Positions 37,352-47,976 of a stretch of DNA of 64,000 nt are shown here, one piece after another. The notes under the pieces are model-generated. The model did no database searches and was not told the origin of the DNA. It saw nothing but the letters and a program-made list of their open reading frames with translations. Position 1 is the stretch's first letter; the number at the start of each line of letters is the position of its first letter. The position numbers and the translations under genes were made by a program. Source of the stretch: an uncultured bacterium (GTDB lineage: Bacteria; Muiribacteriota; Ozemobacteria; Ozemobacterales; Ozemobacteraceae); contig CAZADH010000003.1 in the NCBI GenBank assembly GCA_964483805.1, positions 6,414 through 70,413 on the forward strand, given 5' to 3'.

Positions 37352-40276
37352 TCAAACCCGCCGCGACACCGCCGTCACGCCCGCAGTGTCCGGACTACCC
37401 GCCCCGTCCCAGTGCCACGCCATCACCGTCACGTCGTCGTCGAACGCCCCAGGCCCCACCAGGCCGCGATGCCAGCGCCCCACATTCTCCACCGTCTCCC
37501 GCGGCGTCGCTCCGATCAACGATTGCACCTGCGCCGTCAATCGATCGTAGCCCACCTGCCGATCGGTCCCCGCCAACCGCGACTCGACCAGGCCGTCGGT
37601 GTGGAACAGCAGGACGTCGCCCGGTTCGATCGCGATCTTCACCGTGCGCGGTTGCACCATGCGCATCGCCCCAATCGGAAAACCGATCGCCTCGAGCATC
37701 TCCACCTGGCTGCCCCGCACCAGAACCGGACAATTGTGACCCGCATTCGCCAAGGTCACCGTCCGCGTCGCCAGATCGATCTCGGCCAGCAACAGCGTCA
37801 TGAAGTACCGTTTCTGCAATACGTTATACATTGATCGATAGAGCACTGCCAGCATCGCGCCCGGCGCCCGCAGGTCGGCCAGCAATGTCATCATTGCCTT
37901 CGCCATGGCCACGACCAGCGCCGGACCGGTGCCGTGCCCGGTGACATCGCCGATCGACACGAGCATGCTGTGCGGCCCCGTCGCCCGATAGTCGAACCAG
38001 TCGCCGCCCATCCGACTCGCCGCCTCGCTGCGCCCATAAATCGCCGCCTCGCCAACCCGCAGGACCTCGTGCGGAAACAGGCTCTCCGCGACGGCCCGCC
38101 CCACCTCGAGGTCGGCCAGCCCTTCGAGCATACCGTTGAACGCACCGACCAACCGCCCCAGTTCGTCGTCACCGCTGGCCGGCAGCCGCACCGCAAAGTG
38201 ACGTCGTTCGATCGCGGCAATACCGTCGGCCAGCGCGGCAATCGGCCGCAACAGGGTGCGACGCAACACCAGGCCGGCTGCCGACCCCGCCCCCAGCAGC
38301 ATCACGGCAACCATCAGGAACACGTGATCGATGCGCCGCAGTTCTGCACGCAGTGCCGTGTCTTCATGACAGGCAAAGAAACGCGCCCCCTGCATCTGCA
38401 CGCCGCAAACGCCGACCAGGACACGTCCCCCTCCGCTCGATTCCGTGCGAAAGCGGACAATCGGCAGACCCTGCCGCGACAACACCGGGCCCAGACGCCT
38501 TGTCCATCGCTCCATGCCATACGGGTCGGGAACGGGCAACCGGTCGGCATCGCGGAAACGGGCCACCATCTGCGCCACGCCGAACAACTCGTCACACTGT
38601 TCCCGCGTATCGGCAAGAAACTGCCGAGCCAATTCCGAACCTGTCCATACAATGTAGGCCATCGCGCGGATCTCGCCGTCCCATTCGAGCGGATACATGA
38701 ACAGCCGACCGGTTTCAGCGCCAATCGTCGACTCGGCAATCCGGCCAACCGCCTGTTGCAGTTGCCCGATCATGCGTTCACCGTCGAGTCCCGACGACTC
38801 CGAGGTCGCACCGATCATCTCGATGACCCGGTTCGGCCGCGCATTCGGACGGCTGCGGTTCAACCGCGCAATCATGAACGGCGCCACCACCTGCATCATC
38901 GCCAGCGACTGGCTCGAGCGACCGTCATTGGCGAGACTGCGGCCGCCGGCATCAACGATACCCATGATCATCTTCCCGCGCCGATGCCGCTCGAGCACGG
39001 CCATGACCTCCGACACCACGACATTCTGACTCCCGGAAATGCCACGGCCAAGATGCATCCGCAGTGAGTTTTCCACGGCACTGACCCAGGATGAGTAACG
39101 TGAATCGTAGGCATACAGTCGACACTCGAGTTGTGACACCACCCCATGGCGCAACAACCGTTCCCGCTCCTCGATGAGACCGTTGGTCGCAATGGCCAAC
39201 AAGCCAAGAGGGATGCCCACAGCAAACGCGAACAGCGCCGGCAGTTGCCAACGCAGAGAGATTCCGCCTGCCGACGAGCCGAAACTGAGGGTCCAGGACA
39301 CAACAATGCCGAGCAGAAACAAAACGACGGCCAGAACACACGCGCCTTCCCAGTGAAGGCCCCGCACCGCGCTGCCGCGATCGGTCGCGGTGAGCACCAA
39401 GCGGTATCGTGCGCTGAGCACCTTCTGGACCCACGCGCGCGAGCCCACCCGCATCACCTCACCGGACGTCTGGCCGAGTCGGGCCAGGGCCATGTCGAGC
39501 TCCTGCGACGACACACCGAAACGCGGGGCCTGAACGCCTGATGACCCACGCATGTCGACAATGCCGGCACCCAGCAGCCGGTCCTGACGCCGCATCGACG
39601 ACAGTATGACGGCCATGCCGAGATGGTGTGCCTTGGGGCTCTGGGAAACGAACTCCGCCACCATGCCGTGCGGCCCGGGTTCCTGCATCATGAACCACCG
39701 TCGATGCATATGGGTCGAGGCATCGGTGCGATAATTGAAATGGATCGGCGAGTTATTGCGCGAAAACAGCGGGCCGATCCAGGTGCGGTGGAACGCCGCC
39801 GACCGCGACCACAATTGTTGCGTCGCGTCGGTCATCGCGGCCTTCTCGCACGCCTCCCGAAAGAACGGACGGGCATAGGACGACCTGAGCCGAACATCCG
39901 ACAGGCTGGCCACGATATCGCCGCGGCCGTCGAAAACCAGAAACTCGAGGACCCCCGGGAATGCCCGACGCAGCACCTGCTGCGCACGGCGAAGCCGGAG
40001 CTGCCCCGCCAAACCCGGACCGGGCGAGCGCAGCAGTTTGGGCGCCCATGATTGAAGCATGTACCAGTCGAGGTTCGTATCGACGAAGCCAAATCGGTCT
40101 TCGAGGCGGTCGCATACCCGATCGAGGGCAAGCCGCTCCTGGCGCGCCAACCGTTGCGCATACAGCACCAGGAGCAGGGCGAGCGGCAAACCGACGGCAA
40201 TGGTTGTCACCACCGCCCAGCGCAATCGCGGAAATACATCGCAGGACGAACCCTGGCCGCCGCGTTCGGTCAGCAT
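37352..40276 (-). CDS. Membrane sensor with HAMP domain and C-terminal PP2C-type (SpoIIE/RsbU-like) Ser/Thr phosphatase
   Basis: 974 aa; TM segments, HAMP linker, SpoIIE motifs (GDWFDY...GDVTGHGTGPALV...HTDGLVE). Confidence 0.8.
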   Translation of the reverse strand: MLTERGGQGSSCDVFPRLRWAVVTTIAVGLPLALLLVLYAQRLARQERLALDRVCDRLEDRFGFVDTNLDWYMLQSWAPKLLRSPGPGLAGQLRLRRAQQVLRRAFPGVLEFLVFDGRGDIVASLSDVRLRSSYARPFFREACEKAAMTDATQQLWSRSAAFHRTWIGPLFSRNNSPIHFNYRTDASTHMHRRWFMMQEPGPHGMVAEFVSQSPKAHHLGMAVILSSMRRQDRLLGAGIVDMRGSSGVQAPRFGVSSQELDMALARLGQTSGEVMRVGSRAWVQKVLSARYRLVLTATDRGSAVRGLHWEGACVLAVVLFLLGIVVSWTLSFGSSAGGISLRWQLPALFAFAVGIPLGLLAIATNGLIEERERLLRHGVVSQLECRLYAYDSRYSSWVSAVENSLRMHLGRGISGSQNVVVSEVMAVLERHRRGKMIMGIVDAGGRSLANDGRSSQSLAMMQVVAPFMIARLNRSRPNARPNRVIEMIGATSESSGLDGERMIGQLQQAVGRIAESTIGAETGRLFMYPLEWDGEIRAMAYIVWTGSELARQFLADTREQCDELFGVAQMVARFRDADRLPVPDPYGMERWTRRLGPVLSRQGLPIVRFRTESSGGGRVLVGVCGVQMQGARFFACHEDTALRAELRRIDHVFLMVAVMLLGAGSAAGLVLRRTLLRPIAALADGIAAIERRHFAVRLPASGDDELGRLVGAFNGMLEGLADLEVGRAVAESLFPHEVLRVGEAAIYGRSEAASRMGGDWFDYRATGPHSMLVSIGDVTGHGTGPALVVAMAKAMMTLLADLRAPGAMLAVLYRSMYNVLQKRYFMTLLLAEIDLATRTVTLANAGHNCPVLVRGSQVEMLEAIGFPIGAMRMVQPRTVKIAIEPGDVLLFHTDGLVESRLAGTDRQVGYDRLTAQVQSLIGATPRETVENVGRWHRGLVGPGAFDDDVTVMAWHWDGAGSPDTAGVTAVSRRV

Positions 40277-43200
40277 GGCTTCACCTGACCGTCTGTGACC
40301 GGCTGCAATACAATGAGTGACAGGTCATCATCGAAAGGACGGTCGCCCGACAGCACGGCATGCCGCGCCCGGATCGCCGCTTCCGTGGCCCCTGGTCCGG
40401 CACGTCGCAAGGCCGGCAATTCACGGCCCCACCGCTCGTAATCGAGCGCGATTCCGTCGCTATCGAGCGTTTCAACGAGACAGTCGGAGTAGAAGACCAG
40501 GTATTCGTCTGGGGCCAGGTCGGCGCGAACCCTCTGAAACACAGGGCGCGAACCGGCCCCCAACGGGCGACTGGGAACACCCAGCAAACGAGCGCGCTTG
40601 GGCGACACGATGAACGGATGATTCTGGCCGGCCAGAAAGAGTTCAATACTTCGTATTGCCGGATCGAACGTGGCCACGAGGCAGGTCATCATCCGGCGCC
40701 CATGCATGGTTTGGCGAATGACCCGGTGCAGATCGGTGAGCACCTCGTCCGGTGACGCATCCACATGTTCCTGGCGACGGTCGGCATGGTGCGCCACCAC
40801 CACCTTGGCCATTGCCGACATCAGGGCCGCGGCCACACCGTGTCCCGCCGCGTCACCAATGACAATCATGAGGCGACCGTCGGGCAGCGAGAAGTAGTCG
40901 AGAAAGTCGCCGCCAATGCGCAACGCGGAGCGACAGCGGCCACAGACCGACCACCCCGACATCACCAGCGGTTGGTCGGGGAAGAGGCCTTCCTGAACGA
41001 CCCGCGCCACTTCGAGATCCTGGGTGTCGCCGACCATGGTGTTGAACGCCCGGGCCAGCATGCCCAGTTCGTCGGCAGCCAACACGGGAATGCGCACGTC
41101 GAATCGGCGCTTCTGCATGCAACTGACCCCGTAGGCCAGGTGACCGATCGGCTCGAGCACGCGTCGGGCCAGCAAGGCCCCGGTGGTGATGGTGCAAGCC
41201 AGCACCGCCAGCGCCACCGTCTGGAAACACCATGACAGCCAGGCCAGCTCGAGCCGCACATGCCGATCGGACGACACCGCCACCAGAGAGAACTCGCGCA
41301 ACTCGCGACCGCGAACTCCGGTGAGAATCAGGGTCTCGTCGAACCGTCCCACGGCTGCCCGTGCCGCCCGGGTTTCCGAGCGGATGCGCTCGGCGAAGCG
41401 CGCGATGATGGCCCGATCACGGGACGCCCGCGGTACCGACCACCCGGGACGGGCATCGTGAATGGCATAGATGCGCCGATCGGCCTTCGCCACACCCAGC
41501 GCCGGAACCCTTCGCCAGGCATACTCCCGCTCCGTCCACTCGCGACTCCAGAACACACACAGCATCAACCAGGGCCGCTGACGCGCATCGTGAATTGGAA
41601 ACATCGCGAAACCGAAGCGGATATCGCCGAATTCGGTGATCCCGACCGAGCCAACCGACAGTGCGAGTTTGGTGAAGATGCCCCCGAAATCGGCAACGAA
41701 GTTGCGGCCGGTGACCGCCATCGCGCGCCCGAGAATGCCGAGATATTCGGGCGGCGCGAGTTGCCGCAACACCAACGTCGCGGCATCGCCAACCATGCGC
41801 AACACCCCCAGGTCGACGTCGGCGCTCGACCGCCCCACCCAGCGCCAGACCGAGCGACCGCTGGTATCACGCAACTCGCAGCCGGTCCAGCGAAACCGCC
41901 TTTGCAGGCGGCCCAGCCACGTGGTCAAGCTGGCCAGGTCGTCCGTCGGTGAGTGGCGAACCGGATCGAGGTGCTCCGGCAGTTCCTGCCACTCGGCGCT
42001 CTGATCGTCTTTGAACGAGCGATCGATGCCCACCAGTTGCCGGGTTGCGTCCTCGTGCAGTTGATCGAGCAGCACCTGGCGGCGGTCTGAAAGGTAACTG
42101 AACACGACACCGGCAAGCATGATGATCGGCAGGCCGGCAGCAAAAGCGAAAGCCAACACCAGCTTGGCACGGATCGACGGCGCGACCAGAGCAATCGGGT
42201 CGAATCCGGCCTGCCGCCAGACCACGACACATCCGGCAATCAGCAATACAATGAGAATACATATCAATGTTGCCGCCGTGTGGTCGGGGCGACCACCCGA
42301 CAGGCGGATCAGCACGCTCCACCCGGGGGTCAGGGTCCGGTGCGACCAAAACGCATCGTCACGCCATCCGTGCGGCAGCGATTGTGCATCGAGTTCGGCA
42401 GCCAGGCGCGCCACCGTGGATCCCTCGGACCCGAAACCCCGGCACATACCTGCATCAGCGGTGAAGTCGCGCCCCAGCAAAGCCACGCGACACGACGGTG
42501 AACCGGGATGTCGGGCCCGGTCCCATTGATTGATCAAATCGACCATGCGCCGGACGAACACCGGTCGCGGCGGATCGACGAACTCGAGGCACACGATCAC
42601 CATGCCCCGCCGATGCGGTCCCGACACGAAGACGCAACGACGGCCGTCGGCATGGGTGGCCGCCAGCACCAGGCGATCGTGGATGGCGCGGTTGATGGGC
42701 ACGTTGGCGCCGAGATAGCCGCGCACGAACCCCCGTTGCCGTTCACCGGCCTCCGTGTCACCGGCAAGCATGGCCCGATAATCGGTGTGGAAGCGGCGCA
42801 GAACCTGACGCGCCGCCGGCATGCCGCCACACTGCCCCAGGACGTTGCCGTCACCATCGAGCACGATCCAGGTCGAGGCGACTCCGAGGACCCGGCGGAT
42901 CGCCTGCATTCTCGCCCGACAGACCGCCGCCGGTTGCGCCGCGGCCAGGATGACACGCGTCTGCCTGGCCAACCAGCGTGTCCAGATCGACTCTTCATCG
43001 ACGTAATCCGCCAGACCACGCAGGAGTCTCTCGGCCCGCCGCTCCTGAGCGACCCGCCACCGCACCTCGCTCTCGCGCGCCCGCACTCCGAGAATGAATG
43101 CCCCCAGAAGCAGCGGCACGAGGATCAGAATTACCGAGGTGAAATCGACCCACGACTGTTGTCCAGTCCGTGGGTTTGTGCCGACCGACCCGCATCCACT

Positions 43201-43293
43201 GCCCGAAACGGCTACCATCGTTCGCATGGTAACACGAGATGCATACACCGCCGCGGTTGGTGTAAGATTCCCGTGAACCTCTCCGCAAGCCAC
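40270..43293 (-). CDS. Membrane sensor with HAMP domain and C-terminal PP2C-type (SpoIIE/RsbU-like) phosphatase (paralog)
   Basis: 1007 aa; same architecture (GGDFLDY...GDAAGHGVAAAL...YSDCLVE). Confidence 0.8.
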   Translation of the reverse strand: MACGEVHGNLTPTAAVYASRVTMRTMVAVSGSGCGSVGTNPRTGQQSWVDFTSVILILVPLLLGAFILGVRARESEVRWRVAQERRAERLLRGLADYVDEESIWTRWLARQTRVILAAAQPAAVCRARMQAIRRVLGVASTWIVLDGDGNVLGQCGGMPAARQVLRRFHTDYRAMLAGDTEAGERQRGFVRGYLGANVPINRAIHDRLVLAATHADGRRCVFVSGPHRRGMVIVCLEFVDPPRPVFVRRMVDLINQWDRARHPGSPSCRVALLGRDFTADAGMCRGFGSEGSTVARLAAELDAQSLPHGWRDDAFWSHRTLTPGWSVLIRLSGGRPDHTAATLICILIVLLIAGCVVVWRQAGFDPIALVAPSIRAKLVLAFAFAAGLPIIMLAGVVFSYLSDRRQVLLDQLHEDATRQLVGIDRSFKDDQSAEWQELPEHLDPVRHSPTDDLASLTTWLGRLQRRFRWTGCELRDTSGRSVWRWVGRSSADVDLGVLRMVGDAATLVLRQLAPPEYLGILGRAMAVTGRNFVADFGGIFTKLALSVGSVGITEFGDIRFGFAMFPIHDARQRPWLMLCVFWSREWTEREYAWRRVPALGVAKADRRIYAIHDARPGWSVPRASRDRAIIARFAERIRSETRAARAAVGRFDETLILTGVRGRELREFSLVAVSSDRHVRLELAWLSWCFQTVALAVLACTITTGALLARRVLEPIGHLAYGVSCMQKRRFDVRIPVLAADELGMLARAFNTMVGDTQDLEVARVVQEGLFPDQPLVMSGWSVCGRCRSALRIGGDFLDYFSLPDGRLMIVIGDAAGHGVAAALMSAMAKVVVAHHADRRQEHVDASPDEVLTDLHRVIRQTMHGRRMMTCLVATFDPAIRSIELFLAGQNHPFIVSPKRARLLGVPSRPLGAGSRPVFQRVRADLAPDEYLVFYSDCLVETLDSDGIALDYERWGRELPALRRAGPGATEAAIRARHAVLSGDRPFDDDLSLIVLQPVTDGQVKPC

Positions 43294-43318
43294 CGTATCC
43301 GAGAAAGGACGCCTTGCA

Positions 43319-44136
43319 TGACCACGACGATCGCCTGGTTCTCCGGCACGGGAAACTCACTGAGCGTCGCCCGCGACCTCGCCACGACCCTCGGAGACAC
43401 CACGCTCGCTCCGATACCACGCCTGCTCGCGGCAAAGCAGGTTTCGCCGACCGGGGAGCGGCTCGGCCTTGTGTTTCCCGTGTATTCGTGGGGCATGCCG
43501 GACGTTGTCCGCCGCTACGTCGAGACCCTCGAGACAAGCAATACAAAATATGTCTTTGCCGTTGCCACCTGCGGCGGCTCGGGCGGCGCCACGCTGCGCT
43601 CGCTCGACACCCTGCTCAAACAGCGTGGTGGCCGCCTCGATGCGGGGTTCTACGTGACCATGCCGGGCAACTGCACACCTCTGTACGGCGGCCCCAGCCC
43701 CGACAAACTACCGCATCTCATTGCCCGCGCCGACGCGCGGGTCGCTGCGATCGGCGCACAGATCCGGGCCAATCATCACGGGGTCGAGCGCGACTTCATG
43801 CTCGCCGACTGGTTGTCGTGCCTTCTCTATCCCGGGTTCAGCCGCACGGTCAACGGCAGCGACAAACGGTTCAAGGTCACCCACGCCTGCACGCACTGCG
43901 GCTTGTGTGCCCGCGTGTGCCCGGTCGGCAACATCATCATGGGCAACGACCGTCTGCCGGTCTGGCAGCACCGGTGCCAGATGTGCTTGGCCTGCCTGCA
44001 GTTCTGTCCGACGGAGGCCATCCAGTACTGGCGCCTGACCAAGGGGGTCCGGCGCTATCGCCATCCGCGCATCAGCGCGGCCGACCTGACCGGGCAACAA
44101 CCGCCGACTGAAAACGAAGCCGGGGCAGCGCGCTGA
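43319..44136 (+). CDS. EFR1-family ferredoxin (flavodoxin-like domain + 4Fe-4S dicluster)
   Basis: N-terminal IAWFSGTGNS flavodoxin-like motif; two Cys clusters (CTHCGLCARVCP / CQMCLACLQFCP); the arginine-rich overlapping frame 43314..44111 rejected. Confidence 0.7.
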
Positions 44137-44354
44137 TGGCGTACGGATACATCCTCGGGCTGCCCATTGGCGTGTTTTTCATGCTCGTGTTGTTCGTAGT
44201 GACACCCTTGTTGATCTGGGTGTTCTGGTTGATCATGGGTGCCCTCGAGAAGGCCGGCATGGAACGCCGGGCGCGCTATCAACAGGAGCAACTCGACGCC
44301 GTCGACCAACACCGCGACGCCATCGACAGCGAAACCGGAACCGACGAAAAATAA
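44136..44354 (+). CDS. Small membrane protein (hypothetical)
   Basis: 72 aa; strongly hydrophobic N-terminal 40 aa (two predicted TM helices); ATGA overlap with the upstream stop. Confidence 0.4.
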   Translation: MAYGYILGLPIGVFFMLVLFVVTPLLIWVFWLIMGALEKAGMERRARYQQEQLDAVDQHRDAIDSETGTDEK

Positions 44355-44451
44355 CGCTGCCGGCGGGCACGGCCAACCCCAGCAGCGGCCCCCGGGAATG
44401 CGCATCAATTGCGGGCGCGCTGCGTTGACACCCGAACGGTGGTGGGCTACC

Positions 44452-46068
44452 ATGACAGCACTTCATCAGACCGGGGCACCACGCATGGCCACCACCCGAA
44501 AAACCTCGTCCAAGCGCACATCCGCGAGCAAACCGCCCGCGGCCACGGGCGACGCGACGTTGCAGGCACTGATCGACGCCATCGCTCTCGACGAGGAACT
44601 GGTTCTCGCCAATCTCGCGTTCGATCCGACCATCGCGGGTCGACAATTGAAACAGCGCAACTTCGGGGTTAACGATTTTGCGGGCATCGAGGGCAACCGT
44701 GTGCTCCTCGGAACCATGTTGGCCTGCCTCGATGCCGAAGAGACCCTCAACCTGCCCAACCTGATGGCCCGCCTCGAACACGAGAACAAGGCCGGTCGCA
44801 GCAAACTCGAGGTGGCCGGCGGTCGCGACCGGGTGCATCGGCTGTTCACCAGCCCTTTTTCGGCGCCCGGCGTGAAGCTGCTCGAAGACATCGACCCGGT
44901 CGTCGAGAGCATCCGCGACCGCAATCTCCGCGTCGAGGCACGACGCTCGATGATCGAGTACGCCGAGAAGGTGGCCCGCCCCGACCTCGACGGCTACGAA
45001 ACCATCCACAATTGCATCCAGGCGCTGCGCCAGTTGTTCATGCAGCGATCCTACGGACAGATGACCGGTCTCGACGCCAATATCGAAGAGATGCGCGAAC
45101 TCATCTCTGCCAATCAACAGAAGAAGAAAAGCTATCTGGGTTACAACGTCGAGTTCCCGATTCTGCAGGAGCGCCTGAACGGCATCCAGAAAGAGTTCTA
45201 CCTCATGGTCGCCGGTGCGGGCATGGGCAAGACCACATTTGCCACCCAACTGGCCTGGGAACTCGCCCTCCAGAACCCCGAGCTGTCAGTGATCTTCTGC
45301 TCACTCGATCAGAACCGTCTCGACGTTTCGGCCAAGATGATCTCGCAGTGCGCCGAGGTGCCGATCGATTACGTGCGCAACCCTTATGTGACCAATATCG
45401 CCTTCGAAAAGAAGCGCCAGGAGGGTCTCGAGAAGGTTGCCGGCATGCGCGATCGTATCACCGTCGTCGACGAGAACAACGGGGTTCTCTACCTCGACGA
45501 TATCAAACGCCTGGCCCGCCGCACGCGGCTGAAGTGGGGCGGTGACGTGGCGTTGGTCATCGACCCGATCATGAAGATCCGCCTCAAGGAGCACGGGCTC
45601 AAATTCAATGAGAAGGCCAACGTGCTCGCTTCCGAATTGAAGAGTCTTGCCGCGACCGAAGGCATCACGGTGTTTGCCACCGCCGGCCTGCCCAAAGCCA
45701 TCAGCAATCGCCGGCCCGAACGCGAAGATCTCGAAGAGATCGTCGGCCTGTTGTACGATCCATACGCTGTATTCTTTTTGTATTGCGACTATCTGACCAA
45801 CTTCGACACCCCGTTTCTCGAGTGGCAATGGGGCAAAGACAACTTCATGATTCCGATTTCCGAACTGACTCTGGCCAAGTACAAGATGGGCCAGATCCGC
45901 AGCCGCATCTTCTATCGCTACTACGAATCATTCAGTAAATACAAAGAGTGCGCCCCCCAGGAAGTCGAGAATTACAACGCCATGATCGAAAACCTCGAGA
46001 AGTTCAAAGACCAGAAGACGACGAAGCCGCACGCCGGTGACGGCAAGGGTCGTCAGGAGGAGTTCTGA
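44452..46068 (+). CDS. dnaB: DnaB-family replicative DNA helicase (divergent)
   Basis: DnaB N-terminal helical domain, then a RecA-like core (Walker A AGAGMGKTTFA; C-terminal NRRPEREDLEEIVGLLYDPYAVFFLY analogous to DnaB RESGSIEQDADLIMFIYRDE). Confidence 0.65.
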   Translation: MTALHQTGAPRMATTRKTSSKRTSASKPPAATGDATLQALIDAIALDEELVLANLAFDPTIAGRQLKQRNFGVNDFAGIEGNRVLLGTMLACLDAEETLNLPNLMARLEHENKAGRSKLEVAGGRDRVHRLFTSPFSAPGVKLLEDIDPVVESIRDRNLRVEARRSMIEYAEKVARPDLDGYETIHNCIQALRQLFMQRSYGQMTGLDANIEEMRELISANQQKKKSYLGYNVEFPILQERLNGIQKEFYLMVAGAGMGKTTFATQLAWELALQNPELSVIFCSLDQNRLDVSAKMISQCAEVPIDYVRNPYVTNIAFEKKRQEGLEKVAGMRDRITVVDENNGVLYLDDIKRLARRTRLKWGGDVALVIDPIMKIRLKEHGLKFNEKANVLASELKSLAATEGITVFATAGLPKAISNRRPEREDLEEIVGLLYDPYAVFFLYCDYLTNFDTPFLEWQWGKDNFMIPISELTLAKYKMGQIRSRIFYRYYESFSKYKECAPQEVENYNAMIENLEKFKDQKTTKPHAGDGKGRQEEF

Positions 46069-46070
46069 CC

Positions 46071-47972
46071 GTGGAAACAGCACGAGATCTCTACGGGCAG
46101 GGCGTCGAGTTTCAGGCCAAAGGGCTGTTCGACCTCGCCATTCAATCGTATAACAAGGCGCTGAAGCTCGACAGCGAGAACCTCGACGTCATGATCAACC
46201 TGGGCGCCGCGTATTTGCAGAAGGGCTTGCCCGAGAAAGCCAGCCAGGTCCTGGGCCAGATTCTCGAGCGCAACCCCGACCACGCCATGGCGTTGTTCAA
46301 TCTTGGCAAGGTCCATCTGTATCGCGACGAAGCCGAGAAAGCCCTGGCCGTGTTCGAGCACGCCCAGGCGGTTCTGCCGCACGACCTCGATGTTCGCCGC
46401 AGCATCGGCCAATGCTTGATGCACCTCGATCGTACCGATGAAGCAATGGCCGTGTTCCAGAGTCTCCTCGAACCCCTGGCCGACGATCCGACCGTACCCC
46501 TCGATCTGGGGCGCCTGTTGTTGCGCCGCGACCACCCCGAACAAGCGCTGGGCATGCTCAAGCGTGCGGTGACCATCGCTCCCGATCATACCGAAGCATT
46601 GACCTTGCTGGCGCGGGCGCACCTGGCGATGAATGCCCCCGACAAGGCCTTGACTGCGCTCAAGCGGGCGCAGATGAGCGACCCGCGCAATCCGGAATTG
46701 CACACGATGATGGTCGATGTGCTGCTCGAAAAGAAAGACCTCGAAGCCGCTGTCACCCACCTCAAACATGCGGTGAGTGCCGACCCCGCCTCGCCAACGT
46801 TGAAACGCAAACTCGAAGAATTGACGCGCCGCCTGCCCGTGCTCAAAAAGCGCATCGGCACCTCGACGTTGGTCGAGAAGGCAAGCCCGTATGAAACCGA
46901 GGTCTACGACATCCTCGACGCGCTCTACGATGGTCGCACCCAGCTCGAGCACGCCATCGCCGCGATGAAGACGCTGCTCGAACGCGACGCCACCGACCTG
47001 TTCATCGCCGATGAACTGGCGAACCTGCTCTTTCAGGGCCGGCGGTACGACGAGGCAACCGAGCTGTATTCGCGCATCCACCTTGCCGATCCCGGGCAGG
47101 TCCGACATCGCATCAATCTGGCCAAATCCTTGGCGCTTCAGGGCGAGGTCACCGAAGCCAAAGCGTTCCTCACCGATTCCGCTCGTGACTTTCCGCGCTC
47201 GCTCGAATTGCCGCTGGCCCAGGTCGAGCTGTGTCTGCTCGAACGCGATTTCACCACGGCTCGAACGGTGCTCGAATCGACCTTGGCCAAACATCCGACC
47301 GAGGATCCGCACGCGTTGTTCCTGCTCGGGTACATCTCATTTCGGCAGGGCAACCTCGATTTCGCCCAGACGACGTTCAAAAAACTGCTCAAAATCTCGC
47401 CCGACGATGAAGAGGTCGTGTTGTGGTGGTCGCGTTTGATGATTCTGCGCGGGACGCCGCGTGAAGCGCTGCCCATGTGGGACCGTTTTCAAGACGGGAT
47501 TCAGAGCCTGGTCGAGATCATCACTCGCATCGAACTGCTGATGGCGGCCGGCGAGAACAGCGACGCGGTCAAGGCTCTGCTGCTGACGGTCAAGCACCAC
47601 GAACCGCGCTTTCTCGAGGATCACCTGCTGTTCGGCAAAGCGTATTTTTATTCCGGGGATTTTCACAGCGCCATGGAGAAGTTTCAGGGTGTGCTCGCCG
47701 AGGAACCGAACAATGCCGAGGCACTCACCTTCGCCGCCATCACCTGGTTGATCCGCAACAAGACCCCGCGGTTCTGGTCGATGTGGCAACGGGCCATCGA
47801 AGCCGACTCGCTGCATCCGGTACTGTCGGGCCTCGTTCTGCGGCGCTTGCTTACTTTCACCCAACTCGAACGCATGCTGGCAGAAACGGCCAAAATTCGC
47901 GATCTCATCGTGCAGACCGAGCTCGACAAGGCCCGATTGCAGCATTTCCTGACGCTGGCCCGCACCCCATAA
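46071..47972 (+). CDS. Tetratricopeptide (TPR) repeat protein
   Basis: 633 aa of consecutive TPR-like 34-aa helical repeats; GTG start. Confidence 0.7.
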   Translation: METARDLYGQGVEFQAKGLFDLAIQSYNKALKLDSENLDVMINLGAAYLQKGLPEKASQVLGQILERNPDHAMALFNLGKVHLYRDEAEKALAVFEHAQAVLPHDLDVRRSIGQCLMHLDRTDEAMAVFQSLLEPLADDPTVPLDLGRLLLRRDHPEQALGMLKRAVTIAPDHTEALTLLARAHLAMNAPDKALTALKRAQMSDPRNPELHTMMVDVLLEKKDLEAAVTHLKHAVSADPASPTLKRKLEELTRRLPVLKKRIGTSTLVEKASPYETEVYDILDALYDGRTQLEHAIAAMKTLLERDATDLFIADELANLLFQGRRYDEATELYSRIHLADPGQVRHRINLAKSLALQGEVTEAKAFLTDSARDFPRSLELPLAQVELCLLERDFTTARTVLESTLAKHPTEDPHALFLLGYISFRQGNLDFAQTTFKKLLKISPDDEEVVLWWSRLMILRGTPREALPMWDRFQDGIQSLVEIITRIELLMAAGENSDAVKALLLTVKHHEPRFLEDHLLFGKAYFYSGDFHSAMEKFQGVLAEEPNNAEALTFAAITWLIRNKTPRFWSMWQRAIEADSLHPVLSGLVLRRLLTFTQLERMLAETAKIRDLIVQTELDKARLQHFLTLARTP

Positions 47973-47976
47973 ACAC

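Noticed and set aside
43314-44111. 265-aa arginine-rich ORF listed in the six-frame track
   Set aside because: Out-of-frame shadow of the EFR1 ferredoxin gene (43319..44136), which has flavodoxin and Cys-cluster motifs
46053-47312. 419-aa minus-strand ORF antisense to the TPR gene, and similar long antisense ORFs at 48002..48976, 53634..54551, 27569..28669, 58035..59003, 61684..62655
   Set aside because: Shadow ORFs; the opposite strand in each case carries a protein with recognisable repeats or motifs
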